The notes under the pieces: generated by a model | What the model saw: only the letters and a program-made list of their open reading frames with translations | What the model was told of the DNA's origin: nothing | The model's database searches: none | IMG/VR virus record: IMGVR_UViG_3300029339_000415 | Source of the DNA: a virus | Strand: one strand, 5' to 3' | Length of the DNA: 64,000 nucleotides | In this document: in pieces, positions 1 through 9,247 of the stretch | How the letters are laid out: each line of letters opens with the position of its first letter | Numbering within the stretch: position 1 is the first letter of the stretch | Translations under genes and position numbers: made by a program

Positions 1-68
1 AGACTAACTGCGTCGAATATAATAACACCACGCACCAAGCACCCAACACAAAGGGTGCTATTTTTGAC

Positions 69-99
69 TTGACAAATACAACAAATTTGATGTATTATA
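69..99 (+). promoter_or_regulatory. sigma70-like promoter upstream of toxin-antitoxin pair
   Basis: TTGACA at 69-74, 18-nt spacer, TATTAT at 93-98; SD AAAGGAGG at 111-118. Confidence 0.4.
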
Positions 100-128
100 G
101 GTGTATAAACAAAGGAGGAAATAAAAAT

Positions 129-464
129 ATGACACGAACCTTTATTGAAACACCAATTTTTACCGCTAAATGGCAAGATTTAGGATTAACTGATAAAAAT
201 TTAAAAGACTTACAAGAAATTTTATTAGAAAATCCGAAATTAGGAGATACTATTTCTCATACAGGTGGATTAAGAAAAATCCGTATTCCAATGGAGAATA
301 AAGGAAAAGGGAAACGAAGTGGTGCAAGAGTAATTTATGTAGATGTTGATATAAAAGAAACTATATATCTTGTCAATGTCTACTCAAAAGATGAAAAGGC
401 AGACTTAACACCTGATGAAAAGAAAGCTCTAAAGGCGGTAGTAAAAATTTTAAAGGAGGAATAA
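129..464 (+). CDS. RelE/ParE-superfamily toxin (HigB / phage Gp49-like)
   Basis: 111 aa; GGLRKIRI and SGARVIYV motifs typical of HigB/Gp49 family; ATG 129 after strong SD; track ORF starts at upstream TTG. Confidence 0.7.
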   Translation: MTRTFIETPIFTAKWQDLGLTDKNLKDLQEILLENPKLGDTISHTGGLRKIRIPMENKGKGKRSGARVIYVDVDIKETIYLVNVYSKDEKADLTPDEKKALKAVVKILKEE

Positions 465-466
465 TC

Positions 467-784
467 ATGAGCAAATTTTTTGATGATACAATGCAAGGGT
501 TATTAGAAGCTGTTGCAATCGACCAAAAGCAAATTGCAGTTCGAGAAGTAAGTGGTTTACCAGCCACTACTTTTCGTGCAGAGGATATAGAGAACAACTT
601 AATTGATAATGTTGTTAAATTACGGAAAGAGTCTAATATTTCTCAAAAGGAATTAGCCGATTTAACGGAAAGCAAACAGCAAAGTATCTCACGGTTTGAA
701 AAGAAAACACATAGCCCATCATTAGTTTTATTTGTGAAAATTATTGATGCACTTGGTTATAAAATGGAACTTGTAAAAAAATAA
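467..784 (+). CDS. HTH XRE-family antitoxin (HigA-like)
   Basis: 105 aa; C-terminal HTH NISQKELADLTESKQQSISRFEKK; 3-nt gap after toxin gene. Confidence 0.7.
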   Translation: MSKFFDDTMQGLLEAVAIDQKQIAVREVSGLPATTFRAEDIENNLIDNVVKLRKESNISQKELADLTESKQQSISRFEKKTHSPSLVLFVKIIDALGYKMELVKK

Positions 785-808
785 TCTCATAAAGTGTCAT
801 ATTTATAT

Positions 809-850
809 AGCATCTAATGGAAATGAAAATCTGTTAGGTGCTATTTTTAT
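809..850 (+). terminator. putative rho-independent terminator
   Basis: hairpin TAGCATCTAA / TTAGGTGCTA followed by TTTTTAT. Confidence 0.35.
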
Positions 851-873
851 ACCCAAAATTAAGGAGGTAAGCA

Positions 874-1065
874 ATGAAACGCAAAATAATCTATATATTC
901 ATCACTTTAGCACTCATATTGAGTGCTTTTTTAATTGCCAAAATGCAAAAGCCTAGTAAATATAATTACCTAAATTTAAACAAGGTAACATCAGTAACAC
1001 AAAACGGAAATAATATAACAATCTACACAGATTCAGATTGCTATGATTTCACAATATCAAAATAA
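874..1065 (+). CDS. small membrane protein (63 aa)
   Basis: SD AAGGAGG; N-terminal hydrophobic helix IIYIFITLALILSAFLIA. Confidence 0.4.
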   Translation: MKRKIIYIFITLALILSAFLIAKMQKPSKYNYLNLNKVTSVTQNGNNITIYTDSDCYDFTISK

Positions 1066-1083
1066 AGAAGGGAGAATATTAAT

Positions 1084-1257
1084 ATGTCAGAAAAACACAA
1101 ACAAGTTCATACTGCCTACTGCGACTATCAGATTGCAAAGGCAAATAAACATTCACGGGTTTACTCTGTAAAGACAGAAACGAAAGGCAACAAAGGAGTT
1201 AAGACAACAGGTTTATCAAAAGCAATGTTAGCGAAACAGTTGTCAATGTTGATTTAG
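1084..1257 (+). CDS. hypothetical protein (57 aa)
   Basis: ATG after SD AGAAGGGAGAATA; below 60-aa cutoff of ORF track. Confidence 0.35.
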   Translation: MSEKHKQVHTAYCDYQIAKANKHSRVYSVKTETKGNKGVKTTGLSKAMLAKQLSMLI

Positions 1258-1273
1258 AAGGGAGAATACAACT

Positions 1274-1414
1274 ATGAGTAAAATAAAATATGATGCAATC
1301 AGAATTGCAAAGCAATTACTGTATTCAGAAGACACATTGCAAGCAATAGCCAACGCAAAAACGGAGAGTGAAATTTCACGTATTATGCGTGATGCAAGAT
1401 TAAAGGAGGTATAA
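1274..1414 (+). CDS. hypothetical protein (46 aa)
   Basis: same AGAAGGGAGAATA leader as preceding ORF; likely duplicated cassette. Confidence 0.3.
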   Translation: MSKIKYDAIRIAKQLLYSEDTLQAIANAKTESEISRIMRDARLKEV

Positions 1415-1420
1415 GGCAGA

Positions 1421-1657
1421 ATGGAAGCATTTAATTTTAGAATTATCAAGACAGCAAACGGAGCTGAAATAATAGACAGTACTCTATCAACTCCATATAA
1501 TTCATTAACTCCATTACAGATGATGGATTATATCAATGTGGAAAACAGTCTGTATTTTACAGAAAGAAAGAGAAGATTACAGAAGGCAACCGAACCAACA
1601 GTCATTGATAAGGTAAAGAATTTTGCAAGGAGGATAATACATGAAGGGATATTATAA
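1421..1657 (+). CDS. hypothetical protein (78 aa)
   Basis: ORF with SD AAAGGAGG. Confidence 0.4.
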   Translation: MEAFNFRIIKTANGAEIIDSTLSTPYNSLTPLQMMDYINVENSLYFTERKRRLQKATEPTVIDKVKNFARRIIHEGIL

Positions 1658-1759
1658 CGGATTTGCCTATATGGGATTTGTGCCAAGTATAGGCAAATAT
1701 CAGCAGTTTGAAAGCGAAAATGCTTACAGAAATTATTTAAAAGAAAGAGGTGAAATATA

Positions 1760-1924
1760 ATGAAGTACATAACCTATGAAGAACCGCTAAAAGGCAAAAC
1801 ATTCACAGAAAAGCAGACGCATGAAGTCTATAGAGACTTAGCAGATAAGACAGAATATCCAGACTTTGAGTGTTGGAAATCAGATATGCTCAAGTCAGGA
1901 GTATTTGAAAAGTTTAGCAACTAA
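1760..1924 (+). CDS. hypothetical protein (54 aa)
   Basis: ATG after SD AGAGGTGA. Confidence 0.3.
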   Translation: MKYITYEEPLKGKTFTEKQTHEVYRDLADKTEYPDFECWKSDMLKSGVFEKFSN

Positions 1925-2003
1925 ACGGTTTGTCAAAAGGCAAGCCGTTATTTTTTACCCAAAATACATATCAAAAATATTAAAAGAAAAGAGGTAGTTA
2001 ATT

Positions 2004-3095
2004 ATGTGCAAAATTAATGGAAAGAAGTTAAAGGAGATTAGAGAAAGAGAAGGTTTAACATTGCAGGATGTCGCTAAAGGTTGCGGAGTCTCTTACTCAA
2101 CAATATCAAAGTATGAAAGCGAGATTAATAATCCATCTGATGCAACAGTAGATAAGATATGTCTGCTTTTAAAGATAAACAAAAATGATATTGAAGTTGC
2201 TGATGTAGGATACAGCTTTACACAAGGCGTAAGCAGAACAGTAGATTATGCAAGACGTAAAAAAGACTTTGTTCGTTATTCAACACCACGGCAGACAGAG
2301 GAATTTGTACAGGCTCATTCAAATGCAGGAGAATCAATGGAAGTTAAAGAAGTAGATTGTGCATTAAAGAACTCTTTTAGTATTGCATCAAAGCGATATA
2401 TTCTTATTAATCCAACATTTATACATATTCCAAATTGGCAGAGAGATACAGATATGGCAAAGGTGCAGGAAATAGCACAAAATTTTAATGAAGATAAATT
2501 TGATCCAGTTAAGGTATATATTAAAAATGGAAAACTGTATGTCGCCGATGGAGCACATAGAATAGTTGCATTTGTAATAAACGGAGAAATAAAAATGCTT
2601 GTTGAAGTGCTTAATTGCTCAGAATATGAGGCAGTTCTTACATTTTTAGGACAGCAATCAGCAAGAAAGGCAATGACTGTTGCTGATACATATAGAGCAG
2701 GTGTAAAGGCAAACATAAGAGAATATATAGATTTTAAGAATTTATTTGAATCTTATAATATTCAGATTGTGACAGATGATGACAAGCTGGAAAATCCAAT
2801 AGGTAAAGTCGCACCCTCAAGAACATTGTTGAGAATGGTAAGAAATAACACAGATATATTGGAACTTACAATCAAGACAATTAAAGCACTTAATTGGACA
2901 GGAAGCGAAAAGAATGCATTTACACTTAGAACGTTTCATATATTCAAGAAATTGTTTGCGAATTACGAAAAGAATACAGTTATTGAGGGATTACTTGAAA
3001 ATTGCAAGGGAGCTTCATATTTTGAAAATAAAATCGCTCCTGTAAAAAGTAATGCTGAAATGTATGATATTTTAGCAAAAGTAATTTGTGAATAA
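2004..3095 (+). CDS. HTH XRE + ParB/Srx-like nuclease-domain protein
   Basis: N-terminal HTH LTLQDVAKGCGVSYSTISKYE; central KVYIKNGKLYVADGAHRIVAF resembles ParB N-terminal/sulfiredoxin DGxHR motif. Confidence 0.6.
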   Translation: MCKINGKKLKEIREREGLTLQDVAKGCGVSYSTISKYESEINNPSDATVDKICLLLKINKNDIEVADVGYSFTQGVSRTVDYARRKKDFVRYSTPRQTEEFVQAHSNAGESMEVKEVDCALKNSFSIASKRYILINPTFIHIPNWQRDTDMAKVQEIAQNFNEDKFDPVKVYIKNGKLYVADGAHRIVAFVINGEIKMLVEVLNCSEYEAVLTFLGQQSARKAMTVADTYRAGVKANIREYIDFKNLFESYNIQIVTDDDKLENPIGKVAPSRTLLRMVRNNTDILELTIKTIKALNWTGSEKNAFTLRTFHIFKKLFANYEKNTVIEGLLENCKGASYFENKIAPVKSNAEMYDILAKVICE

Positions 3096-3150
3096 GAGAA
3101 CATATACATATAAAGCTGTACTATCGGGCTATACGGGTTTATGAAAGGAA

Positions 3151-3357
3151 GTGAGATTTATGCATAATTTTAGAAAGTCAAAGCGAATGCGTGACTTTGA
3201 TATAGTTTTACGGAAGAATGGATATACACCGACAAGGTGCAAGGGAAGTCATTTCGTGTATATCAACAGAAATACGCATAGAATAATGCCTGTTAATAAG
3301 GATCTAAATGATATGGTAAGACAGAGATTAATTAAAGAGTATAATTTGGAGGTGTGA
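3151..3357 (+). CDS. hicA: HicA mRNA-interferase toxin
   Basis: 68 aa; LRKNGYTPTRCKGSHFVYINRNTHRIMPVN matches YcfA/HicA fold motif. Confidence 0.7.
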   Translation: MRFMHNFRKSKRMRDFDIVLRKNGYTPTRCKGSHFVYINRNTHRIMPVNKDLNDMVRQRLIKEYNLEV

Positions 3358-3358
3358 T

Positions 3359-3709
3359 ATGGAAATAATAGCAATTAAAAACGGATATGCTTTGTTATTG
3401 GATAAAAGCGAAAATGAATATCTAATTGTTAAAAACTTTGAACTAATTAACTGCGAAGAGTATAAGGGAGAAATAATTAATTATTATCCTAATAATATTT
3501 ATGGATTGTTTGGTGCTGTTGATAATTTTAGATATGCAACTGAAAAAGATTATATAGCATATGACAGATTATCAGAGTTGGCAACTTTATTTAAAGATGG
3601 ACTTATTGAAGATGATAAAGAATCTGCTATTAAATATTTTGATGAAGTTTGTGAAATGACAGACGAAGAGAAAGAATATTTTGGCGTTGAAGAAGAAAGT
3701 GAGAAATAG
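3359..3709 (+). CDS. hypothetical acidic protein (116 aa), positional partner of HicA
   Basis: starts 2 nt after hicA stop; no HicB RNase-H/RHH motifs recognisable. Confidence 0.4.
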   Translation: MEIIAIKNGYALLLDKSENEYLIVKNFELINCEEYKGEIINYYPNNIYGLFGAVDNFRYATEKDYIAYDRLSELATLFKDGLIEDDKESAIKYFDEVCEMTDEEKEYFGVEEESEK

Positions 3710-3712
3710 ATT

Positions 3713-4042
3713 ATGGCTAAATTTTATAATGAATGTATTGATAGTGCGGATTGGGTAGAAGAAATAACAGGGTATAGACCTTGTGATGACGTAATTTCTT
3801 TTGAAGAATTAGCTAAAATTGCTAACGACCCTGAAAAAAATGGAGGATATTATGACGGTTTACCTAACCACTGGGATTATCCATTAAGCGAAATTCCCGA
3901 ACTTGTAAATATGGAAAATTATGATGAAAGTGAATTTGTACTTGTAAGATTCAAAGGTGTAAATGGTGGTTACGAATACAGATTATGTGAAATGGATATT
4001 TCATTAGAAAGGAGAAATAAAAATGGCAAGAACAAATTTTGA
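3713..4042 (+). CDS. hypothetical protein (109 aa)
   Basis: ORF, acidic. Confidence 0.4.
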   Translation: MAKFYNECIDSADWVEEITGYRPCDDVISFEELAKIANDPEKNGGYYDGLPNHWDYPLSEIPELVNMENYDESEFVLVRFKGVNGGYEYRLCEMDISLERRNKNGKNKF

Positions 4043-4235
4043 TATTATTAGAGGTTTAATGATTGCAGATAATACTCTTGACTCTTGGATTTGTGAAACA
4101 GAAGCAGAAGAGAAAAGAGATTTGACAGCAGAAGAAGAGAATGCATATATTCAGAATATAGTGGATGTATGCGAAGAGATAATGCAAGATTTGTCTTGCA
4201 GTTTAGTGGAAGCATATAAAGAGATTTCGGAGTAA
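4023..4235 (+). CDS. hypothetical acidic protein (70 aa)
   Basis: SD GAAAGGAG. Confidence 0.4.
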   Translation: MARTNFDIIRGLMIADNTLDSWICETEAEEKRDLTAEEENAYIQNIVDVCEEIMQDLSCSLVEAYKEISE

Positions 4236-4277
4236 AGAAATGCGTGTTTTCTTGGATTAGAAAGGTAGGTAAAAAAG

Positions 4278-4478
4278 ATGAACGGAATGCAGATATGGGA
4301 AGTAAATGGAATTGATGATTTAGAAGGCACTTGTTTTGTACAGTGTTCTACCAAAGAAAAGGCAGAAAAGGCAATGCAAATTCTTGAAGAAAACGGTTTT
4401 GAAGATATGCTTGAGGTTGAACAAAGTAATTTAAGATTAGACCAGTTATTGATTGGAGATAAATTAATTCAACTGTAA
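4278..4478 (+). CDS. hypothetical protein (66 aa)
   Basis: SD AAAGGTAGG; preceded by recurrent TTTCTTGG motif. Confidence 0.4.
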   Translation: MNGMQIWEVNGIDDLEGTCFVQCSTKEKAEKAMQILEENGFEDMLEVEQSNLRLDQLLIGDKLIQL

Positions 4479-4513
4479 AAAATTCGTGTTCTCTTAGAAT
4501 GGAGGTAAGAGAA

Positions 4514-4735
4514 ATGATTGTAAATGCTTATTTAAAAGTAACTCAAAAACAATGGGAAGACATTAAAGAGAAATATGTAGAACCGAATATGTATCATATT
4601 GTAAGCAGTTCAAAGCGAAAGTGCAAGCGTTGTGACGGATGCAGTGCGTACAATCCTTGTACAACTTATGAAGGATATTGTGCAGAAGTAGAAGGATTAG
4701 TTGACAGAAATTCTACTTGCGAAAGTTGGCACTAA
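4514..4735 (+). CDS. hypothetical Cys-rich protein (73 aa)
   Basis: ATG after GATTGGAGGTAAGAGAA leader; CKRCDGC motif; paralogous leader with next gene. Confidence 0.45.
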   Translation: MIVNAYLKVTQKQWEDIKEKYVEPNMYHIVSSSKRKCKRCDGCSAYNPCTTYEGYCAEVEGLVDRNSTCESWH

Positions 4736-4768
4736 ATATGTGTTTCTTATTGATTGGAGGTAAGAGAA

Positions 4769-4984
4769 ATGAAATATAAAAGACAGTTAAGATGTATAAA
4801 GGATTATGAAGAAGATTTAACAGGCGATGATGATTTTGCTACGGTTTGGACGGCTGGTAAAGTATATGGAGCAATTAAGCATCATGACGGAACATATACA
4901 GTTGAAACAAATATGGGTACAAAAGGAATTGTAGGTGTTGAATATTCATGTACACCAGATTATTTTGAAGAAGTAAAAGAGTAA
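4769..4984 (+). CDS. hypothetical protein (71 aa)
   Basis: identical GATTGGAGGTAAGAGAAATG leader to preceding gene. Confidence 0.45.
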   Translation: MKYKRQLRCIKDYEEDLTGDDDFATVWTAGKVYGAIKHHDGTYTVETNMGTKGIVGVEYSCTPDYFEEVKE

Positions 4985-5023
4985 AAGAAATTCGCATTTC
5001 TTTAGAAGATTGGAGGAAAGATT

Positions 5024-5491
5024 ATGACATTTAAAGAGATGGTTTTTAAAGGCTTATGTGATGGAACAGTAAAGATTATCAGTAATCCAAATGATGATTG
5101 TATTGCTTGTCAGATTGGAGAATTTTGGTTTTACTTTATTGGAAGCGAAGATGAAGATTTAACACCTGATGAAGTGTATGAGTCATATACCAAAGAACAA
5201 CTTACAGAAATGATTTATTCAACATTGCAGGATATGGAAAAGAATGAATTTGATGAAGTTGAATATTATAAAGCATTTTTGGAAGAAAAATATGCATGTG
5301 ATAAAGAGAAATCAGATGATATGAATATGATTTTATGGAACGAACTAAAGAAACACAGAGGACATAAGGTGAGTATTGTATCATATGGAGATTGGGATAA
5401 TCCAGAAGATGTATGCTTAGAATGTGAGGATTGTGGAGAAGTTGTACTTGATGCAGAGATTTATACATTATGTGCAAGAGAAGATAACTGA
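5024..5491 (+). CDS. hypothetical acidic protein (155 aa)
   Basis: SD GATTGGAGG; C-terminal CLECEDCGEV zinc-ribbon-like. Confidence 0.5.
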   Translation: MTFKEMVFKGLCDGTVKIISNPNDDCIACQIGEFWFYFIGSEDEDLTPDEVYESYTKEQLTEMIYSTLQDMEKNEFDEVEYYKAFLEEKYACDKEKSDDMNMILWNELKKHRGHKVSIVSYGDWDNPEDVCLECEDCGEVVLDAEIYTLCAREDN

Positions 5492-5527
5492 TGAAACTAA
5501 GATTTCTTTGGAAAGGAGTGAAGAGAA

Positions 5528-5719
5528 ATGATGAATGGTGTTGATTTGATAAACAATCTAATTAATGAGCTTGAAAGAGCAAGGGATTTGTTGTATTCGC
5601 AGAATCCCGAAGAATCATCAGAAGAAGCTGTTTTGGTTAATGATATTAGAACAGATCTTGATAGATATTATGATATTGCAGATGAGATTGATGGTGCAGT
5701 GAAATATATTGATGTTTAG
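5528..5719 (+). CDS. hypothetical acidic protein (63 aa)
   Basis: SD AAAGGAGTGA. Confidence 0.4.
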   Translation: MMNGVDLINNLINELERARDLLYSQNPEESSEEAVLVNDIRTDLDRYYDIADEIDGAVKYIDV

Positions 5720-5745
5720 CAACTAAACAAAATAACACAAATTAA

Positions 5746-5785
5746 AGGCAGTTAGGAGAATAAATACCTAGCTGCCTATTTTATT
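5746..5785 (+). terminator. putative rho-independent terminator
   Basis: AGGCAGTTAGG / CCTAGCTGCCT hairpin then ATTTTATT. Confidence 0.4.
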
Positions 5786-5808
5786 ACAAGAAAGTGAGGA
5801 AATGAATT

Positions 5809-6498
5809 ATGGAATTACGGAATAATTGGTACAAAGCAGACAAGGGAAAGCATTTTGTGCTTACAGAAAAAGGCAAAGAAGAGTGTGCAAGTTACAAGCA
5901 TAAAACAGTTGGTGAGTCTGTAGATGAATATGATTATGAAGCAACCGAATGGTCAGTTGATAAAGGTTATGTAATCGAAACTGATATTCCAGGATGGATA
6001 AAAGGACTCAAAGGATATGAAGTTGTGTATTATCACAAAGGAAAATATAGATTATCAGCAGGTAATCCGCAAATCTTCCCAACACGCAAAGCAGCAGAAG
6101 TTTATAAAAAGCATTATGAATCATATACATGGTTCAATGATACCTTGGTAATTGAAGAAGTCGAATATGATGGTGTTCCATTAAGTGAATCTAAAATGTA
6201 CAACGGAAAGGAAATTGTAGATAAAGAACATTACTTTGGACTTGATGCACATGAAGTTGGTGAGTATTTCGCAGAGGATATGATTGATTCCTTTATGGAT
6301 TTATTGCCACCAGCTTGTATGAGAAGCGATTGTTCACAGATTGGCGAGCCATGTTCAAGCAGAATTGATGAAAACGGAGAAGGTAGAACAACATATTCTA
6401 CATTCAAAAAGGTAGATGATGGAATTTGGGAATACTGTGGTGATTGTTTTAGAGGTGAAAATTATATGCATGGAAAAGATATTCCATATGTGAGATAA
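5809..6498 (+). CDS. hypothetical protein (229 aa)
   Basis: long ORF, SD GTGAGGAAA; Cys cluster near C-terminus. Confidence 0.5.
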   Translation: MELRNNWYKADKGKHFVLTEKGKEECASYKHKTVGESVDEYDYEATEWSVDKGYVIETDIPGWIKGLKGYEVVYYHKGKYRLSAGNPQIFPTRKAAEVYKKHYESYTWFNDTLVIEEVEYDGVPLSESKMYNGKEIVDKEHYFGLDAHEVGEYFAEDMIDSFMDLLPPACMRSDCSQIGEPCSSRIDENGEGRTTYSTFKKVDDGIWEYCGDCFRGENYMHGKDIPYVR

Positions 6499-6511
6499 GG
6501 AGATGGTATAG

Positions 6512-6781
6512 ATGTTAAATATCAAATGGGATAACGGAGTTACAGGATATTTAAGCGAAAGCGAAAAAGAACTGTGTGAAAAGATTGATAGAGAAATCAG
6601 TGCTATTAATGCAATAAGCAAAACGGAAATATCTGTAGTAATCAGTATTGAAAGTGGTAATCAATTCCACATAAAGAAAGATACTGGTTCACTGATTGGA
6701 TATATAAACGCAGAACAGTGTTGGTATGCATTGAAGGGAATTATGACAAGTTTGTTATATATGGAAAGGCAGGTTGATTAG
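6512..6781 (+). CDS. hypothetical protein (89 aa)
   Basis: SD AAGGAGATGG. Confidence 0.4.
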   Translation: MLNIKWDNGVTGYLSESEKELCEKIDREISAINAISKTEISVVISIESGNQFHIKKDTGSLIGYINAEQCWYALKGIMTSLLYMERQVD

Positions 6782-6782
6782 T

Positions 6783-7130
6783 ATGAAAGAGAAAACTACA
6801 CGGAAATTTTTAAAAGAAAATTATCACATTATTAACATTGGTAATCAGCCAATGCAAACATTATTTACTTTTGAAGATGCAAGCTATTATTGTACGAGAG
6901 TAGAAGGATGGGCATGTGATGTATATGTATTTGGTGATTATGTTATTGTAACTGGATACGACTGCCCAGGAAAATTAATTCCATACGAAATTACTCGGAA
7001 ATATGAAAAGAAAGCAAAAGAGATTTATGAAAAATATAGATATGGAGGTTCAAAATATTGGACACAAAAGAGAGTTGCTAATACATATAGAAAGATGATT
7101 GAAAAATTTATTGAGGAGGTAACGCTATGA
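6783..7130 (+). CDS. hypothetical protein (115 aa)
   Basis: ATG 6783 in frame with track ORF 6774. Confidence 0.4.
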   Translation: MKEKTTRKFLKENYHIINIGNQPMQTLFTFEDASYYCTRVEGWACDVYVFGDYVIVTGYDCPGKLIPYEITRKYEKKAKEIYEKYRYGGSKYWTQKRVANTYRKMIEKFIEEVTL

Positions 7131-7396
7131 GTAAATGCAAATTATATACTGCACATTTAGCTGGCACTTCATATGACGGAAATAAGAAATATGAAATGAT
7201 TATTATCACAAAATGGAAAGATACAACAGAGGATTCACCAGAAGAAGGACACAAGGCATATTATTTCACACCTGATAACAAATATCTAACTGAATGTATT
7301 GAGGATGAAAATTGGTGTAAACGAATTTATGAAGCATTTCCAGAAAATACTAGATTTAGAATTGAAAGGAAGGTTGAGTGCTATGTTGAAAATTGA
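7127..7396 (+). CDS. hypothetical protein (89 aa)
   Basis: SD GAGGAGG. Confidence 0.4.
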   Translation: MSKCKLYTAHLAGTSYDGNKKYEMIIITKWKDTTEDSPEEGHKAYYFTPDNKYLTECIEDENWCKRIYEAFPENTRFRIERKVECYVEN

Positions 7397-7568
7397 AATT
7401 AAAACAGGTGGTGCAGCTTATAGCGAAGATGATGTACTTACAACTGAAGGCAGATATGAGTTGCAGAGAAATCTTATGGACATTTGCAGAAAAATTACAA
7501 ATGGATATGATGAAGGTTACATAATGGACATCAATGGAAATAAGGTTGGTAACTGGTCAGTAAATTAG
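7383..7568 (+). CDS. hypothetical protein (61 aa)
   Basis: internal ATG after SD GAAAGGAAGG; upstream part of track ORF overlaps previous gene. Confidence 0.35.
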   Translation: MLKIEIKTGGAAYSEDDVLTTEGRYELQRNLMDICRKITNGYDEGYIMDINGNKVGNWSVN

Positions 7569-7580
7569 GAGCGTGATTAT

Positions 7581-7856
7581 ATGGCAAAACAAATATATTA
7601 CTTGCATAGCTGCAATGAATGGAAAGAGTATTCCAGCATGAGACTTTTATTCATTGGCACATCTCAACAGAAGTTAAAGATGAAAATCTCGAAAGAGATT
7701 GAAGAAGGTAACATGGAATATTATGATGGCGACTTATCTCAAAAAGAGCAGGCTAAAAAGTTCCGCAAAGACTGGGAAACTGAAACAAGAGCTACAATTA
7801 ATTCAAGATTAACATATGGAGATTATGATTATACATATAATAATGAAGAAATGTAG
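7581..7856 (+). CDS. hypothetical protein (91 aa)
   Basis: SD TAGGAGCGTGA. Confidence 0.4.
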   Translation: MAKQIYYLHSCNEWKEYSSMRLLFIGTSQQKLKMKISKEIEEGNMEYYDGDLSQKEQAKKFRKDWETETRATINSRLTYGDYDYTYNNEEM

Positions 7857-7894
7857 TCAAAGGAAATTGTAATTTCCAAAGGAGTGTGATTGAT

Positions 7895-8188
7895 GTGAAA
7901 ATAATAAAATGCTATGAAGATTATGCAAAGTTACGAAAAAAATTAAAGTCAAAACAATATGATTTAATGAATGATAGTATCGGTCAATACAATACAGATG
8001 GATACAGCGTAGATGTTACATTAAGAGATTATGATGGAAACTGGTGTATTGATTATGATGTGTACAAGCCAAATGGAAATCCAAACTATCTTGACGGTGG
8101 CAAGGTATGTAATGTATCTAAAATGCCATTGACCGACAAAGGATTTTGGAAACTGATAAAAAAGAAATTTGAAAAGCATATAAAATAA
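7895..8188 (+). CDS. hypothetical protein (97 aa)
   Basis: GTG start after SD AAAGGAGTG. Confidence 0.4.
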   Translation: MKIIKCYEDYAKLRKKLKSKQYDLMNDSIGQYNTDGYSVDVTLRDYDGNWCIDYDVYKPNGNPNYLDGGKVCNVSKMPLTDKGFWKLIKKKFEKHIK

Positions 8189-8207
8189 GAAAGGTTAGGT
8201 AAATATT

Positions 8208-8696
8208 ATGAAAGTAAACGAAATTAGAAAAACAGAAACAATCGAGAAACTTGTAAGAACAGAGTACATTGCAGAGGATGGAACTATATTTAGAAGCGAA
8301 GAAGAGTGTAAGAAATATGAGGAATCAGCACTATTTGCAATTAGTAAAGAGTTGAAGAAGCTTGATAATGAGAAAAATGGAGCTTCTGAATATGATATTT
8401 ATAATGAATGTTCTGATGAATGTCTGGTAGAGATTTTCAATGCAGAAACAGAAAGAGATATTGAGAATATCAGAAGATATGTATATCTCAAAGCACTTTC
8501 AAATAGTTCATATGCAAATAAAGCAGACGTTGACTTACCTAATATCACACCAGGGCATGAAGTAATTATTCATTGGAACTATGACGAGGATAGTTGTTGG
8601 ACTATTGGAAATGGAAGTATTGATGCTTTCTGTGACTATATTAGAGATAATCTAAGGAGTTTAATTACCCCAAAGGAGGAAAATGCAGATGCTTAA
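8208..8696 (+). CDS. hypothetical acidic protein (162 aa)
   Basis: SD AAAGGTTAGG. Confidence 0.45.
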   Translation: MKVNEIRKTETIEKLVRTEYIAEDGTIFRSEEECKKYEESALFAISKELKKLDNEKNGASEYDIYNECSDECLVEIFNAETERDIENIRRYVYLKALSNSSYANKADVDLPNITPGHEVIIHWNYDEDSCWTIGNGSIDAFCDYIRDNLRSLITPKEENADA

Positions 8697-8857
8697 TATA
8701 ACATTTAAGTACAGAGATGCAATGAGTAATTGGGAATGGAGAACACAAAGCTGTACAGTATCATCTATTGAAGAATGTAAGCGAATTTACGGACTTGACA
8801 ATGGCGATGTTGAATACGAGATTTTAGAAGTCAAAGAGGCATAATACAGAGAATAAT

Positions 8858-8895
8858 AAGGCAGACGCAAACATATGTGTCTGTCTTATTTTATT
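8858..8895 (+). terminator. putative terminator
   Basis: AAGGCAGAC / GTCTGTCTT hairpin then ATTTTATT. Confidence 0.35.
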
Positions 8896-8911
8896 GGAAG
8901 GAGAATGTAAA

Positions 8912-9247
8912 ATGATTATATTGCAAAGAGATTCACGGTATGAGATGGGTGATCCTGATTGTGTGTTTAAAGTAAAATCAGGTGACTTAATTACACCAAT
9001 AAAGCGAATTGGATATAAAACTACATTTGATGATTGGGAAGATTACGGAGAAATCACGGATGAAGATATAAAAGATTTATATATTTTTTGTTGTCCTAAC
9101 GATGAAATTCAAACAGAAGTTTATATTTCAATTTGTTCAAATTGGGATTTAATTTTTGTTGGCAGATATAAAGGTATTTTCTTTGATAATACAGAGGCTA
9201 TTACAGCAAAAATTAATGCATGGATTAACAACAATATGGAGGTGTGA
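8912..9247 (+). CDS. hypothetical protein (111 aa)
   Basis: ATG after SD GGAAGGAG. Confidence 0.45.
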   Translation: MIILQRDSRYEMGDPDCVFKVKSGDLITPIKRIGYKTTFDDWEDYGEITDEDIKDLYIFCCPNDEIQTEVYISICSNWDLIFVGRYKGIFFDNTEAITAKINAWINNNMEV

